Of a DNA stretch of 64,000 bases, positions 38,906-52,013 are shown piece after piece (the stretch's first letter is position 1; each line of letters begins with the position of its first letter). The notes under the pieces were generated by a model. The model searched no databases and was not told the origin of the DNA. It was given only the letters and a program-made list of their open reading frames with translations. This DNA comes from Vicugna vicugna. Taxonomy: Eukaryota. The position numbers were made by a program, and so were the translations under genes. The stretch is from NCBI GenBank assembly GCA_013265495.1, contig MU058844.1, positions 812,941 to 876,940 on the forward strand, in the 5' to 3' direction.

Positions 38906-40714
38906 GTATGAAAATAAAATTTTACAATGAAATTCAATATTTAAGGAAAAATAGCAAATATTTCAAGTAACAACTGGTAATTTAAACTTTTGTAGAAAAA
39001 GTTCTCAGAAATCTTTCTTACAAATTGGTAAGCACCTTTTGAATCATATTTATGGATAGCTATTTGTGCTTAGTTGAGACTGAGAAAGTGTATATTAAGA
39101 CCGAAAAATAGTAGTACCAATTTGTCTTTAATGTTAATGTCATCTCAACTTAATGAAGATTTTTAAATCTCTGAAGATTTACAGTTGATTAGTATCTAAT
39201 TATGTTTGTACTGTCATGAACTACTAAGCTATGAAAGATTAGATTAGCTATAAAGTTTATACATTATTTGTTGTCTTCATTTATGACTTTGTAAGAACTT
39301 TTATCTTTGATAACTTATTGAAAATTAATGGATAAAGTAAATAAGTCTAAAAAAAACCTCATTTTTACAAAAGTCAGCCTTAGTAGTTGCTTTATTGTTA
39401 TTATTAGTTTTAACAAACAATATATGATCAGTACAGAAAAAGGAAGTAAGATGAGAGAAGAACATAAAAACCACCCATAATACTGCCCCTAAGAGATTGA
39501 CACACTTGTGTTTCTGCTCTGACAGTTTTTGTCAATTGTCCCTTTCTGAATCTAACTGTACTGTCTACCCAGTCCCCTTTTCTCTACTCTTCCCCACCTC
39601 TTGGTTGGTAAGTCTATTTTTGTGTTTGTTTCTGGGTATGTCTCTATCCATTCATCTTTCTGTTTTGTCTCTTTCTGGCCATCTGTCTTCATGTATATGT
39701 GTATTAACTGTAATAAGATCTAACAAGACTGTGAAAGTGAGAAGGAAAGTATCAGTTGAACTTTATATTATGAGCAAGTTTAAGGAAATATATTTAAAGA
39801 AAACATTCCAAACTGTGTTCATGATGTGATGAGCTCAGAGTGCTCAGTTGTAACCCTGGAAAGGAATTTAGTAGTAATTGTTGACCTCATTCAGACCAAA
39901 AACAACAAAGAATCTCCAAAAGATAGTGAGCAGTGGCTGGTAATCCTGCTGTGCTTTCTTATCAGGGTCCCTTTTCTGTTGTCTGTGATAGCCGTACTCT
40001 CTTTGTTATCCTTAAATCTTCCGTATGTCTTACCTTATTCTCACCTTCCTTTAGTCACTCTCTATATCATTGAGAAAATAGGAACCATTAGATGAATGTG
40101 CTGATTTTGTCACTAAAGCTATACTTGCACCTCTGTTCTTTTTCTTTCTTTTGTATGTGAAAGACAGGTCTCTTTTCCTATCAGACTTTAGTCACTTTGC
40201 TTTTGCTCTGGATTCCATTCTCTCTCATATTCTCAGCTTATCATCTTTCCCTCCTACGATTTTGATTTTTACCCGTGCCACAAATTACTCCCATCAGTGT
40301 ATAAATACTGCTTTAGAGGTGCCATTAACCTGAGACTCCCTTAAATTAAGTTTGGTGCTTGAAATTCTTCAGATTACTCACTAGTGTAAAATCCAACTAC
40401 GCACCCAAGGGTTATTGGTGATTATGAATTCTCAGGAGATGTTGTTTTTCCCCTTAGCCCATGCTAAGGTACAGACTTGTTTAAGATGTTGGTAAATGAA
40501 ATCTTTCTCTCAGGTTATTTCCCTTTTACTCTGAAGTTGGCTTCCCACTTTGAACAAACTCTAGGTTTTAACATTGTTCTTTTAGCAGCCATCTAAATGA
40601 AATTTGAAATGTGGCTTCCAGGATTTTAAAGAAATAGAAATAAAGCAATACCTTTCTTTAGTGCTCATTTTTGTCACATTTTATATATTATTATGTATAA
40701 TAATATATATAACA

Positions 40715-41057
40715 GTATCTTAGTACAGGCTATTATAACAAAAGCACTGAGTAGCTTAAACAATAAACATTTATTTCTCACAGTTCTAGAGACTGGGATG
40801 TTCAAGATCAAAGATCTGGCAGATTCTTTGTCTGATGGAGGCTTGCTTCTTGGTTTATAGATGGCAGTCCTCACATGGTAGAAGGGGTTTGAGAGCTCTC
40901 TGGGGTCTCTTTTTTAAGGGTACTAATCTCATTCATGATGGCTCTACCCTAATGACTGAATTATCTTCCAAAGATCCCATCTCCTAGTACCATCACATTG
41001 GGGATTAATATTTCAACAAATGAATTTTGAGGGTAGACAAACATTCAGTCTATAACA
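40715..41057. mobile_element. MaLR (MLT1-like) solo LTR
   Basis: aaacatttatttctcacagttctagag, ttcaagatcaa and aacattcagtctataaca motifs. Confidence 0.8.
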
Positions 41058-41668
41058 AATATATAATACATATAATATATAATGTAATAAGTGATTTTTT
41101 ATGTCAGTTGTTCTTGTCAGGGCAGTTGTTCAGACTATTTAGTGTATCACATTGCAGAAGCAAATGTCTTTATTTACTCTTTAACCCTTTCCAGTCTGGT
41201 TTCCATCCTTAGTATTCACTGAAAGCACTCACTAATTACCACCATATTACCAAATCCAATCTTCATTTTTCTGCTCCTTTGGCTAGGGAGAGCAGCCTTT
41301 TCTTGTGGTGCTGTCCAATGGTAAGTGGTAAGGGTCCACTGAAGTTTCCAGATTGCTGGCTTCTCTAGCACCTAGTTTAGAATATATGATGCAAAAAGAA
41401 AATGCAGAGTACTCACCACTGTCTCAGTCCTTGGCTTCTGAGCTCCTTAGCTGATCTGCGTTTCTCTCTTTATCTTTCAAAATTGTCTTATGTTTGTTTT
41501 ATATATAATGCCTAGGGATTTTAGCTGTGTTTAGCTGGAAGAATAAAGAAGGGTATCTATTCCATTTTTTCTGGAACTGGAAATCTGACCATTTAAAAAA
41601 CTGAATTATCTTTTTATTAATGAATTGTAAGACGACTTTATCTATTCTGAGTACAAGTCCTTTGTCAG

Positions 41669-42178
41669 TGTTTTGATTGCCTCCTATTCACTCCATTGCT
41701 AAGGGAAGCCCCTCCCTAGACTTATGGGGATGGCTCAACACATAATTAACCTGACACTAGATAAGTGAGATCAACAGCAGTTTATTATTCACATATACTC
41801 ACAGCCCAGGTGAGGAGGACACTGTGTGCCAAGTAGGGCCACACAAGGATTGCACTTGGGGAAGAAACGAACACTCAGGGGCTGTGAGAAGCAGTCATTA
41901 TAGTATCAGGAAGGTGAGGTGTCTGCATCCTACAGGAGATGTGATTGACTTGTTTGAATAATTCCAGGGACTGGTAGGAAACTGAAACCTGCTGCTTAGG
42001 CTTAAGCAGGCCCTGTGCCTGCTCCCAGTGAAGAGGAGGGTTTTTGGGCTAGAGGACCTTATCTGCTGGAGCAGAGTAAGGAGGGGAGCTTGTAGTTAGA
42101 TCATTGAAGCTCTTCCAGTTTCACCAGTTGTCAAGGCAGCATATAGTATTGGGCCTTAATTTTAGGCCTTATACTACA
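41669..42178. mobile_element. Solo LTR (ERVL-class-like, 510 bp) nested in an old antisense L1
   Basis: TG...CA termini; near-perfect 5-bp TSD gtcag/atcag; the flanks rejoin as L1 gtcctttgtcag|aaata. Confidence 0.65.
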
Positions 42179-43059
42179 ATCAGAAATACGTGATGTGTAT
42201 ATTTTTTTTACAATCTGGCTTGTTTTTCATTTTGTTAATGGTGTCTTTCAAAGAGAAGAAGATTTAAATTTTGGTGAAGTGCAGTTTGTCATCCTTTTCT
42301 TTTAGAGTTAGTGCTTTTTGGGTTCTACAAAATTTTTTGCCTACCCCAAGACTGCAAAACTTTCTCCTGATTAAAAAAATAAAAACCAAGCTACAAGGAT
42401 ACAGTGTACAACACAGGGAATGTAGCCAGTATTTTATAGTAACTATAAATGGAGTATAACCTTTAAAAATTGTGAATCATACTGTATACCTGTAACATAT
42501 AATATTGTATATCAACTATATTTTGGAAAAAAAGACTGAAGGATAATAAAATCATTTTAGCATTTACATTTAAGTCTGTGGTTTATTTTAAATTATTATG
42601 TATGGTATGAGGTAGTGGTTGAGTTTCATTTTTTCCATGTGAATATGGAAATCACATTTTTCCCCCATATGCCTGTCAGTACCAGTTGTTAAAAATGTTA
42701 CCTTTCCCCATGACATTAAATTTTTACTTTTGTGGGAAATCAGTCAACCTTATATATGTGGGTTTTTTTTTTTAATGTTCTTTGATCCAGGCATAATGAA
42801 CTCCTAATTTTAAGGTGTTCCAAGTTTTTTCTTATATTTGGACTTTTGAATATGCTGATCTCTATGCCTTACTTGTTCTTGGCTTTTCATTTTTCTTGGT
42901 TAAACATCTGGTTATCCTTCAAGTCTCATCGCAGATAATTACTTTTTTAGAGTAAACTTTCCTTGGCTCACATGTAGGATGGATACTTCTTCCATGTTCT
43001 TCTATGGAAAAGTATTCCTTATCCTTTTGGTAATGACTGTTATTATGAGATTCATTTCT

Positions 43060-43830
43060 TGGTCGAATATTTATTATTGCCAGACACTGTTGTGGATGCT
43101 GAAGATATGGCAGTGAGTGAAATAGTAAAAAGTTTTTATCTTGGTGAAACCTATATTCTAGTGGGTAGAAACAGGCAAAAAACCCAAATCACACTAAAAT
43201 TGTACAGAAGGAGGCAGTGTTATTTTGAAAAATAAAAGCAGGAAAGGGGGCACAGAAAGTATTTTGGGTGGGTGCAATTTCAAATAGGATTGTCAGGGAA
43301 GATGTTTCTAAGAAAGCGGATAGCTCAGAAAGAACTAAAGGAACTGAGGAAACGAGTCATGTGAACTTCTGGAACAAGCATGTTGCAGGCATGTGGAACA
43401 AGTAGACAGTCTCTGAGGTGGGAGCATGCCTGGAGTGATGAAAAAGCCAGGAAGCTTGTGTGGCTCCAGCACAGTGAGTATGAGGGGAGGCTGGGGTAGT
43501 GAGGTAATGAGGCCCACCTCATAGGGCCATTTGGCTTTTGTAACGACTTAGATGTTTTACTCTTGGTGAGATGGGAAGTCACTTGGGAGTTTTGCGCAGT
43601 GAAACGACAAAATCTATTTACGTTTTTGTAGGATACACTCTAGCTGCTCTGTGGAAAATAAAATTGTTAGTGGGGTAAGGATAGAAGCAGAGAGTCTGTT
43701 GGAAGTCTATTGCAGTGATCCATGTACACTGTGAGGGTGGTTTGGATCAAGCGGTAACAGTAAAGGTCCTGAGATTCTGAATATATTTTGAAGGTAGTTT
43801 TAATAGGATTTTCTGATTAGTGGGGTGTAA
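43060..43830. mobile_element. L2 LINE fragment
   Basis: ttttactcttggtgagatgggaagtcacttgggagtttt and gaatatattttgaaggtag motifs. Confidence 0.7.
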
Positions 43831-45776
43831 AATGTGATTATTTTCTTTAGTAAATTTTTCAAGAAACCTGGAAGCTTATTGAGAGTGGGGACTTCATTTT
43901 ATTTTACCATTGTGTTCTCAGCACGGTAGCATAATGACCTAGTAATCACACTCAGTAAATACTTTTTGAATGAATGATTGAATGATATGCGGATGCTTAC
44001 AGTGAAGAAATGAGTAAAATGGTAGGCAGCATAAATATATTGTGGTAAAAAATGCAACAGTGCATTCTTTTGAAAAATTATTCTGTAGTTTTAGTACTCG
44101 GGACTGTGGTTGCCTGGAAGACAGCACTTTCATCAGTAAAAAGAAAAAAAGTGAATTCATGTTCCTTACTTTCATCCCCTAGCTAGTCCCATTTAAGGGT
44201 TGTTAACAAAAGGAACAATGATATTAATGATAGGTAACATTTATTGAATGTTTTCTTTGTATCAGATGCTGTGATAAGCACTTAGCATTTATTAATTCAT
44301 TTAATTCTCATGCGACTCCCCCATATGAAGTAGGTGTTATTGTTACCTCCTTTAAGATGAAGAAATTGAAGGTCATACATGCTACTAAGAGTGGTATGAA
44401 TCCAGGTTTCAAGCCCAGGACTGACTTTTTAACTGCTACCCTGCCTTGCTTCTCGCTTTGGAACTTTGTTTGCAGTCTTCTTGCTTGCTATGGTCCTAAG
44501 TGATGTTAGAGACTCAAGGAACATCTTAGCCTCCCAGTTCTTAATGTTATCAGTGCTAATGATCTTTATTACCTCTTTTCTAGTTACTCAAGCCCATGAC
44601 AGTACCTTCCATCTTCTTATCAGGTAGAATAGTTTCATCTGAAATGTTAAAATCGTATCTCTGCATTCTTTACCTTAACCGCTTGTCCTCGCAAAAACTT
44701 TTTCTCTCCTCACTGCTTAACTTCTTTGGCCTTACTGAGTATTTCAGGTTTTTAATTTCTATTTTTTCTTCTAGTTTCTCAGCCTTCCTTAGCTTCATTT
44801 CCTTTACTCTCTAACTGTATATCCAATGACAGTTAATACTTGTTTATCACTTATAATGTCTCAGGCACTGTACTAAGCATTTTATATGCTATACAATAAC
44901 TCTAGAAGAACAGGTGCTAATATCAGCCCCATTTTATAGATGAGGAAATGATATTTAGCAAAATAAAGTGACTTTTAAAATTCATATAGTCAATATTGGT
45001 TGTGACTCAAAACCACATCTATTTTTGACACCAAACCCATAACATTATAAACTTTATAACCTATTGTCCTTCACCACTGTCTTCATTTAATTTACTTTCT
45101 CCTTGATCCTCTCAATTCCTGTATCCTCTTATCCTTTTACTGTTCCTGTCTGACAAAACCCCAAACCAAAGAAAAGTGTAACATCTCACATTTAAAATAT
45201 AGATGTTGTTAGGTATAGGGATTTTGGGAAATTGTTTTTAAATGATTTTATTTGGCTCATAAAGTTAGAATAAAAGGTTACCTACTGGAAACCTACCTAC
45301 TGGAACACATGGGTGTGGACAAGAATAGTATCTTAGGCTAGTGGAATATGGTGAAGACTAAAAATCGCTTTCATCATAAGAACTTCTTTTGTTGAGAATG
45401 TTATCTTACATAAAGGTATTTGTAAAACTGCCAGTCATTTCTTGATCTAAAATAAAAACTAGTTTGCCAGTAATGGCTCTCAGATAAGCAAGAACAAAGT
45501 ATTATAAACAAAAAGAGTAGTTATATTCCAACTGAAGCAGCTGGTTACTATAATATTGAACCAGAGGAAACTTGTAGCATGAGGATGGAAACTAATTTTC
45601 AAAGTCCTACTTTGGATAGGTCTTTCACCTTTCGTGCAGTTACTGCTTGAAAATTTCCTTTCTATATACTAAAAAGAGATATACTAATTATTTTCCTGTT
45701 ATGTCTGTTTTCATTGTCTATATTTTGTTTCATAAATAACTTTATGTATATCCTCCTAAAAGTTGTTATTTCACAG

Positions 45777-45902
45777 GGTTTCATCTGTCCATTATGTATG
45801 AAAAGATGTATAACTGCTATTGATTTGTCGGAGCATTACCAGAAAGTGCACGCTGAAAATGAGACAAGAGGACAGGAACTTCTTAATGACTCCAGTGTTA
45901 CT
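45777..45902 (+). CDS. EEA1: Candidate EEA1 cassette exon '3a': paralogous C2H2 zinc finger (GFICPLCMKRCITAIDLSEHYQKVHAENETRGQELLNDSSVT)
   Basis: Acceptor tttcacag|GGT at the same codon position as exon 3; C-x2-C-x12-H-x4-H spacing kept; donor ACT|gtgggt gives 126 nt, phase 0/0; no stops. No transcript evidence is available here. Confidence 0.72.
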
Positions 45903-48900
45903 GTGGGTCCTATATATTTTGTTTTAGCAGCTTGGTTATGGGTTGCTCAAAATAGCTTTGTTTTTCCTGGCCTTGGTGTTGCTTAATTTTTTATGCTACA
46001 AGGGAATATGGATTGCCTTAATTATGCATGCTTTAAAGAAGGTTCAATAAGGAAAAGAGGCTCTTGGGAAGTTGGCTTGGCTATTCTTTGTGAATCTGTA
46101 AACAAATATAAACATTTAAGTTAATATTTTTGCATAAATTTTGCCATGAAATTTGAAATATAAAGTGAGTTTTTTATTCAATAATTATATCTTTATTAGT
46201 TAATGTTTTATCAGTGAATATATTACAATGTTTTAGATAAATGCTTTACTCTTAAAGACGACTTTGCATGTGAACTGTCACTGTCTTTATTTGGGAAAAT
46301 ACACTGCATTAGAACCTGGGTCTACCACTGTTTCAACCTTTGTTTTGACTACCCAGACCTGATGGAAATGAAAGAATGAGGCATACTTATGAACAGTGGG
46401 TCACCCAAATGTTTCTCTGTAGTGTGTGGGGCTGATGCATATCTAAGGCTAGGAGTGGGAACCAGTGAGGGGAATTGTTGCCAGTTTTTAGGCTGGAAAC
46501 AGTTTCTCAGATGATCCTGCTATGTCTCTTCCTTTGAAAATGACTACAGTATTCTATAACCAAATAGAGGCATAGATTTTAAGAAACTTCTATAAGTTTT
46601 ATAAAAGAATGAAACTTTTTTTTTAACCATGAAAGACAAAAAAATCACACTTACTTTTTCCTATGAGATAATGACGTATAAGGAAAACAATCTCACCAAA
46701 CCTCCACTTATTTAACACATTAATAGAGTACCTCTTATGTTCCAGGTATTTTGGTAGATAAAGGGGATAAAAAAAGGTAAATAAGATATGATCTCTATGC
46801 CAGGAAGTTTCTATGATACATATTTGCAAAAAGAGTACAATGTCTAATTCAACTTAAGGAAAACTGCAGAAAAACTTTGGTGGGGAACACTTAAACCAGA
46901 CATTCTCTAGGGTGATGGGGAAATGGGTGCCTGTGGGAGGATACCAGTTAAACTAGCTGAAGCAGTGCGAACAAAGATAGAGGCATAAAAGTCTTGGAAC
47001 TCTGCTTAGCATTTTACCAGTTGTCTTTCTTCCAGAACATATGGGTCAGCTTTGCTTTATGGGCTAGCCAGAATCAAAAGTAACAACCATTTCTCCCTGT
47101 CACTTAATAAGAACTTTCCTTTTACCTGAAAGGATACTTGGTACAACAGGGTATCATTAGTATCAAGTTAAGATAAGCTCTTAGCTACAGTGGATCTGAG
47201 AAAGGATTGCAGATAACTGAAAGCTAAGAGTAAGGTATTTAATTGCTTTTAACCTGTGTGTGTGTGTGTAAGTTGGTGAGAACTTTGGAATGATTAAGGG
47301 AAATAAATGTAGCTAGCTGTTTTGAGTATTTTATTATTTGGTGTTTTATGCTGTTTGGGAGTTACTTATCTAGCAACTTCAGTCCCCTTGACAATATTTT
47401 AGAAAAAATAGAGGAATCTCTTAATATCCAGAATTAGTATCACAAAGTCCCATTCATGGGACATCTCTCAGATATTCATTCTGAGCTAATTTTATTTTAA
47501 ATGAGTGATATAGTTTTAATAGACTCCCCCGCCCCAGTATACCCTTCTCATCCATATCAGGCTAGCATTGCTAGAAATAGCATGTGAATAATTTTTAGAA
47601 ATGATTGTTGAAAGACAAAACAGGGTTTAGAAAAAACTGAAATGTGGGTACAGGAATTAAAGATGCTTGCCAAAATTAACAGAGTGGAAGATACTCATTC
47701 AGTGATTAATATTTATGCTGCTTAGACATTAAGCAAAGGTTTAATATCATCTATTTAAGAAGGTGAGAAAGTGCATATATGTATTTTAGGAAGATTTATT
47801 TTTATCGGAAATGTCCCCAAACTGAAGTTTTATTTAAACATCCATGAAAGCTCTAATCACATGGAAAATTTACTTAGGTGGGATATTTCTATAACTAAAT
47901 ATTTATTACTGAATTTCTAAAATTTCTCTTTAGGGATGAATCAGTTCATTCTGGAATATTAATCTGGTAATATTTAGAAGCTTTAAGAAGGTATGGCATA
48001 CCTTAATGTGATCACTAGCTTTTTGGCATACTTAGGTATCTAAAGCCAAAACCTGGAAGTAGAGACAATAGTCTAGAAGCCAAAGTTGTGAAGATTAAAT
48101 AGTGTAACTGGGGTGTGGATTCCCTGAGGAACACTGTAATTTGCCTTCTAGTTACTAGCAGAAGCTGAGACACAAAAGAGAGATCACAAGCTAAATATTA
48201 TAGGGGTTTATGTGCTGTTGCACCAAAAGCATGTTAACTTGTGTGATACAGTAGTTACTGGGCAGAAGTTTACAAGAATGCCAAATAAAGCATAATATAG
48301 AGCGGTTATGAAACATGATGGTGGATAATAGGTGGCTTTGAAAAACAGAGCATAACATCAGCTAGATTAACACATAGATTGGGAGCATTTATTCATTCAG
48401 AAGACATCAAATTCAGCAGAGCATCAAATATATGTGGATCCTGATGCATTATTCTGATGTCCAAATGCACAGCCTCAGTACTACTGTCTTTGCTTATTTT
48501 AGGAGTTTCTTGGAGATCATTGCATTCATTCACCTATAGTGCCCCTGCCCTTCACTCCTGCTCTATAATCAGAACAGACCTCTGCTTCCTAAATGCAGCC
48601 ACGACTGTATTTCATACCATTTCCTGCATCTTTGTTCATGCTCCTCCATTTGCTTAGAATACCTTTATTTCTGACAAGTAAACTTCTATTTAGTCTTTTT
48701 TTTCCTACTTACTCTTTAGTACCTAATTCTAATGTCTCATATATACATATCTCTACATATATGTATATATACACATATACACAATATGTATGTGTATCTG
48801 TATTTTTTGTAAAGCATTAACTGCTACCACAGGCAGAGTTGGATACCTCTTCTCCTGTGTTCCTATAATCCTTTATATATACTTGTTACACCATTGTCTG

Positions 48901-50198
48901 GTAATGTTATGCTCAGTGAGCCTTGATTTTGCCATATAATATGCACAAATTATAAGTAAGGGTATATTACTTGTGTAACAGCCAACAAAAGAGCACAAAT
49001 TATTTATTTATTTTTAGTTTTTATGTATCCAGAGTTTTTATTAGTTAGCTCAATCTGTCCCTTGGAAGCTTTGTGATCTGCAAACTATTGAAGCTCTTCT
49101 GTCCCCCCCCCCCCAAATTCTTCCCTGCTGGGTTTATTCATATTTCACTAAATAAATACACAGTATAGAAATATATGGTGTGTTCAAAATACTACACTAG
49201 CCATTAGGGAAACATAGATTAAAATCTTTTTTGTGTTGTGTGTTGCAGTGAATGTAGAAACTTGACACACTAATAACAATGCTGGAGGAAAATAGCAATA
49301 TACATACAAAAGGATAAAAATATGAGATACCATGGTGTGTTCAGAGAAGAATAGGTACTTCAGTATAGTTGAGCCATGTTGTATAGAGTAAGGAAGGGTG
49401 TCCAGACATCAGACTGGTAGGTCAATGGGGTAATACACATGATGGACCTTGTATGCCACAACCATATAGTCATTCTGGGATTATTTGTAAGTTTCTATTA
49501 TTTTACAGGACTATATATATAGACTATATATATATGTGTGTGTGTGTGTGTATATATATATTTTAAGGTAATTCAAGAAACTTAATTTTTGAAGAGACAA
49601 ATTACAGAAGTATAAATGGGGTATGGAGGAACCACAAGTTCTTAGAAGAGCAGTACAGGACTATATGTTAATTTAAAATTTTTATAATGTTATTCTTCGG
49701 GTAGCATTACTGACTAGAATACTTCCCAACAATTGTAGATAACTCTGTGGTAATTATGAGTTATTTACATTACCTTTTTCTCAGTGATCAGAGTACTTCA
49801 TGTTCTTAATTTTTTGGTTATCATTCCTTTGAAGTAGATTGGAGCAGGTATTATTTACAAAGAGGATTATCTAGAGAGATGGAGGATATGAAGGCAAATC
49901 TTCTCAACTAGACTTCTAGATTAGAATTGACTTTTCAGGATAAAATTCTCTTACCATTAATTTACTCAACCTAAAAGAAGGTTGTAAGGGTTTTCTTTGT
50001 ATCTTGTAAACTGCATCCAGGATAAGCAGTAATGTACCTTTGCACAATACCAGAATTTGGACTTAACACCATAAATTAGAGTTTACTTAATGGTACCATT
50101 GGTATGAATAATACATTTGACTGTATTTCATAACATACAAATGGTGATTTTGCAATACTAAAATACTATTTTGAAACCTTTTTCTATATCTTTCTTAG

Positions 50199-50323
50199 GG
50201 TTTCATATGTCCCCAGTGTATGAAATCTCTTGGATCTGCTGATGAACTTTTCAAACACTATGAGGCAGTTCATGATGCTGGTAATGATTCAAGTCATGGA
50301 GGAGAAGCTCTTGCTCTGAAGCG
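50199..50323 (+). CDS. EEA1: EEA1 exon 3, Rab5-binding C2H2 zinc finger (GFICPQCMKSLGSADELFKHYEAVHDAGNDSSHGGEALALK-R)
   Basis: Acceptor tttcttag|GGT; 125 nt; donor CG|gtatag; phase 0/2. Confidence 0.98.
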
Positions 50324-51477
50324 GTATAGTATAATAGTTTCAAAAGTGTCAGAATGTCATTTCTGCCCTATTCTGTTGGTTAAAGTAGCCACAAGTGTAA
50401 TGTAGTGAATGTGTGTGATACCATTGTTTAATTGTGAATACTTAGTTTTTGAAAATAGTAGTGTTTTTATATTATTTAATTTAAATCTGTCTTCATTTAT
50501 TGTGGCTTCCTCCTTTATTATTTTTTTTTCTTCGTCCTTTATTGTTATAACTTATTCTATCCTTGACCAATAACTATATCAGCATCTACAACTTGGTTCA
50601 GAGGTTATGTTTTGAAAGAAGGTTGTGATTTATCAAAAGGATAAATTATATTTAGCATACTCTGCTTAATAAAAAATGATATACTTTATTTAGAAGATTT
50701 CATAGTAAGTTATTAAAATAATTAATTTAGCCAAGAGTTAAATGTAATAATTATTTTTAAAAAATTTCTTTTGTAATCACCAATATAATAACAAGCACAC
50801 ATACACATTCTGCTTCTTGGCAATTTTGTCTGACCATTTTAAAATTAAATCAAGCTAAAATATAATTACTTAGAAAGGCATTCAACAATATAACTTTTCT
50901 TTTCTTCTGCTATTGGTGAAAACTCTTTATCTTATATTCCCACTAAGGGAGAAATCTTGATTTTACTCTACTTGTAAAAAATTTGTTTCATGTTTTTCTT
51001 TAAAAAATGCCTCATAGTTGGTTATGACCACATTATGGTTGATAGATAATAAAGAACTATAAAATATGGTTGTTTTAATTTATTAAAATATGTGGGAAAA
51101 CCAGTGCTTTTGGGTTGTGTGAATCTTTCCTTTTCATATGACTATTAATGCTCTTTAAGATTTTTATGTATGAGTTAATAATTTTGGTACCATTCTTTTG
51201 TCATTTGTTAGGAAATAGATATAAAATATATATTTATATTAAATCATGTATAAATGCCTTTATATTTAGTGTCAATTTAACAGAGCTGCTTTTTCATCTA
51301 TGAATTAGTGCCTAGTACGTGAATTTTCATTCAGTCTACCCTTAACTTTTCATCCAATGTTTAGCTCACTGAAACCTGATTTCTGCCCAGCCATGCTCCT
51401 GAAACTATTCCCTCAAAGCCCAACAGTTAAAAAAAAAAAAAGGATTATTTTCAGTTTTTATCTTAGTAGACCTTTGT

Positions 51478-52013
51478 TTTGGTTACGTATTACTGTGTAA
51501 CAATCCACTCAAAACCTAGTGGTTTAAAACATTAAGAGTGTATTACTTCTCATGAGTCTTTGATTTGACTGGGTGGTTCTGCTTTAAGTTACGTAGACTT
51601 GGGTTTTGAAAAGGCCAGAAGGGCCAAAATGGCCTCACATTCATGGCCGGGGGATATAACTGGGTACTGGCTGGCAGCTCAGCTGGGGCTATATGTCAGG
51701 GGGCTCAGTTCTCCTTTATATGGGCCTGTGTATGTGGCTGCTTGGACTTGCCCACAGGATAGCAGTTAGGTCCTAATAAAGAGCATTCCAAGAGGAAAGG
51801 AGCAGAAGCTGTCAGTCTTCTTAAGGTTTGGATTCAAAAGTGTCAGAATGTCATTTCTGCCCTATTCTATTGGTTAAAGTAGCCACAAGACTGCTCAACG
51901 CCAGTTAAGATTCAAGAGTCCAAGAAGTAAACTGTCTTTCAGTGAAGGGGTGGCTTTTACATATAAGAAGGGAAGAACTTGATGGCAGCCATCTTTGTAG
52001 ACCATATGTCACA
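51478..52013. mobile_element. MaLR (MLT1-like) LTR
   Basis: ctgtgtaacaa...tagtggtttaaaac start; ggcagccatctttg..catatgtcaca end. Confidence 0.72.

Noticed and set aside
47934..47990. Possible poison exon (ctctttag|GGA TGA... with donors at 47967 or 47991)
   Set aside because: Splice-like sites of this quality are common in long introns, and there is no homology or other support. Junction reads would be needed.
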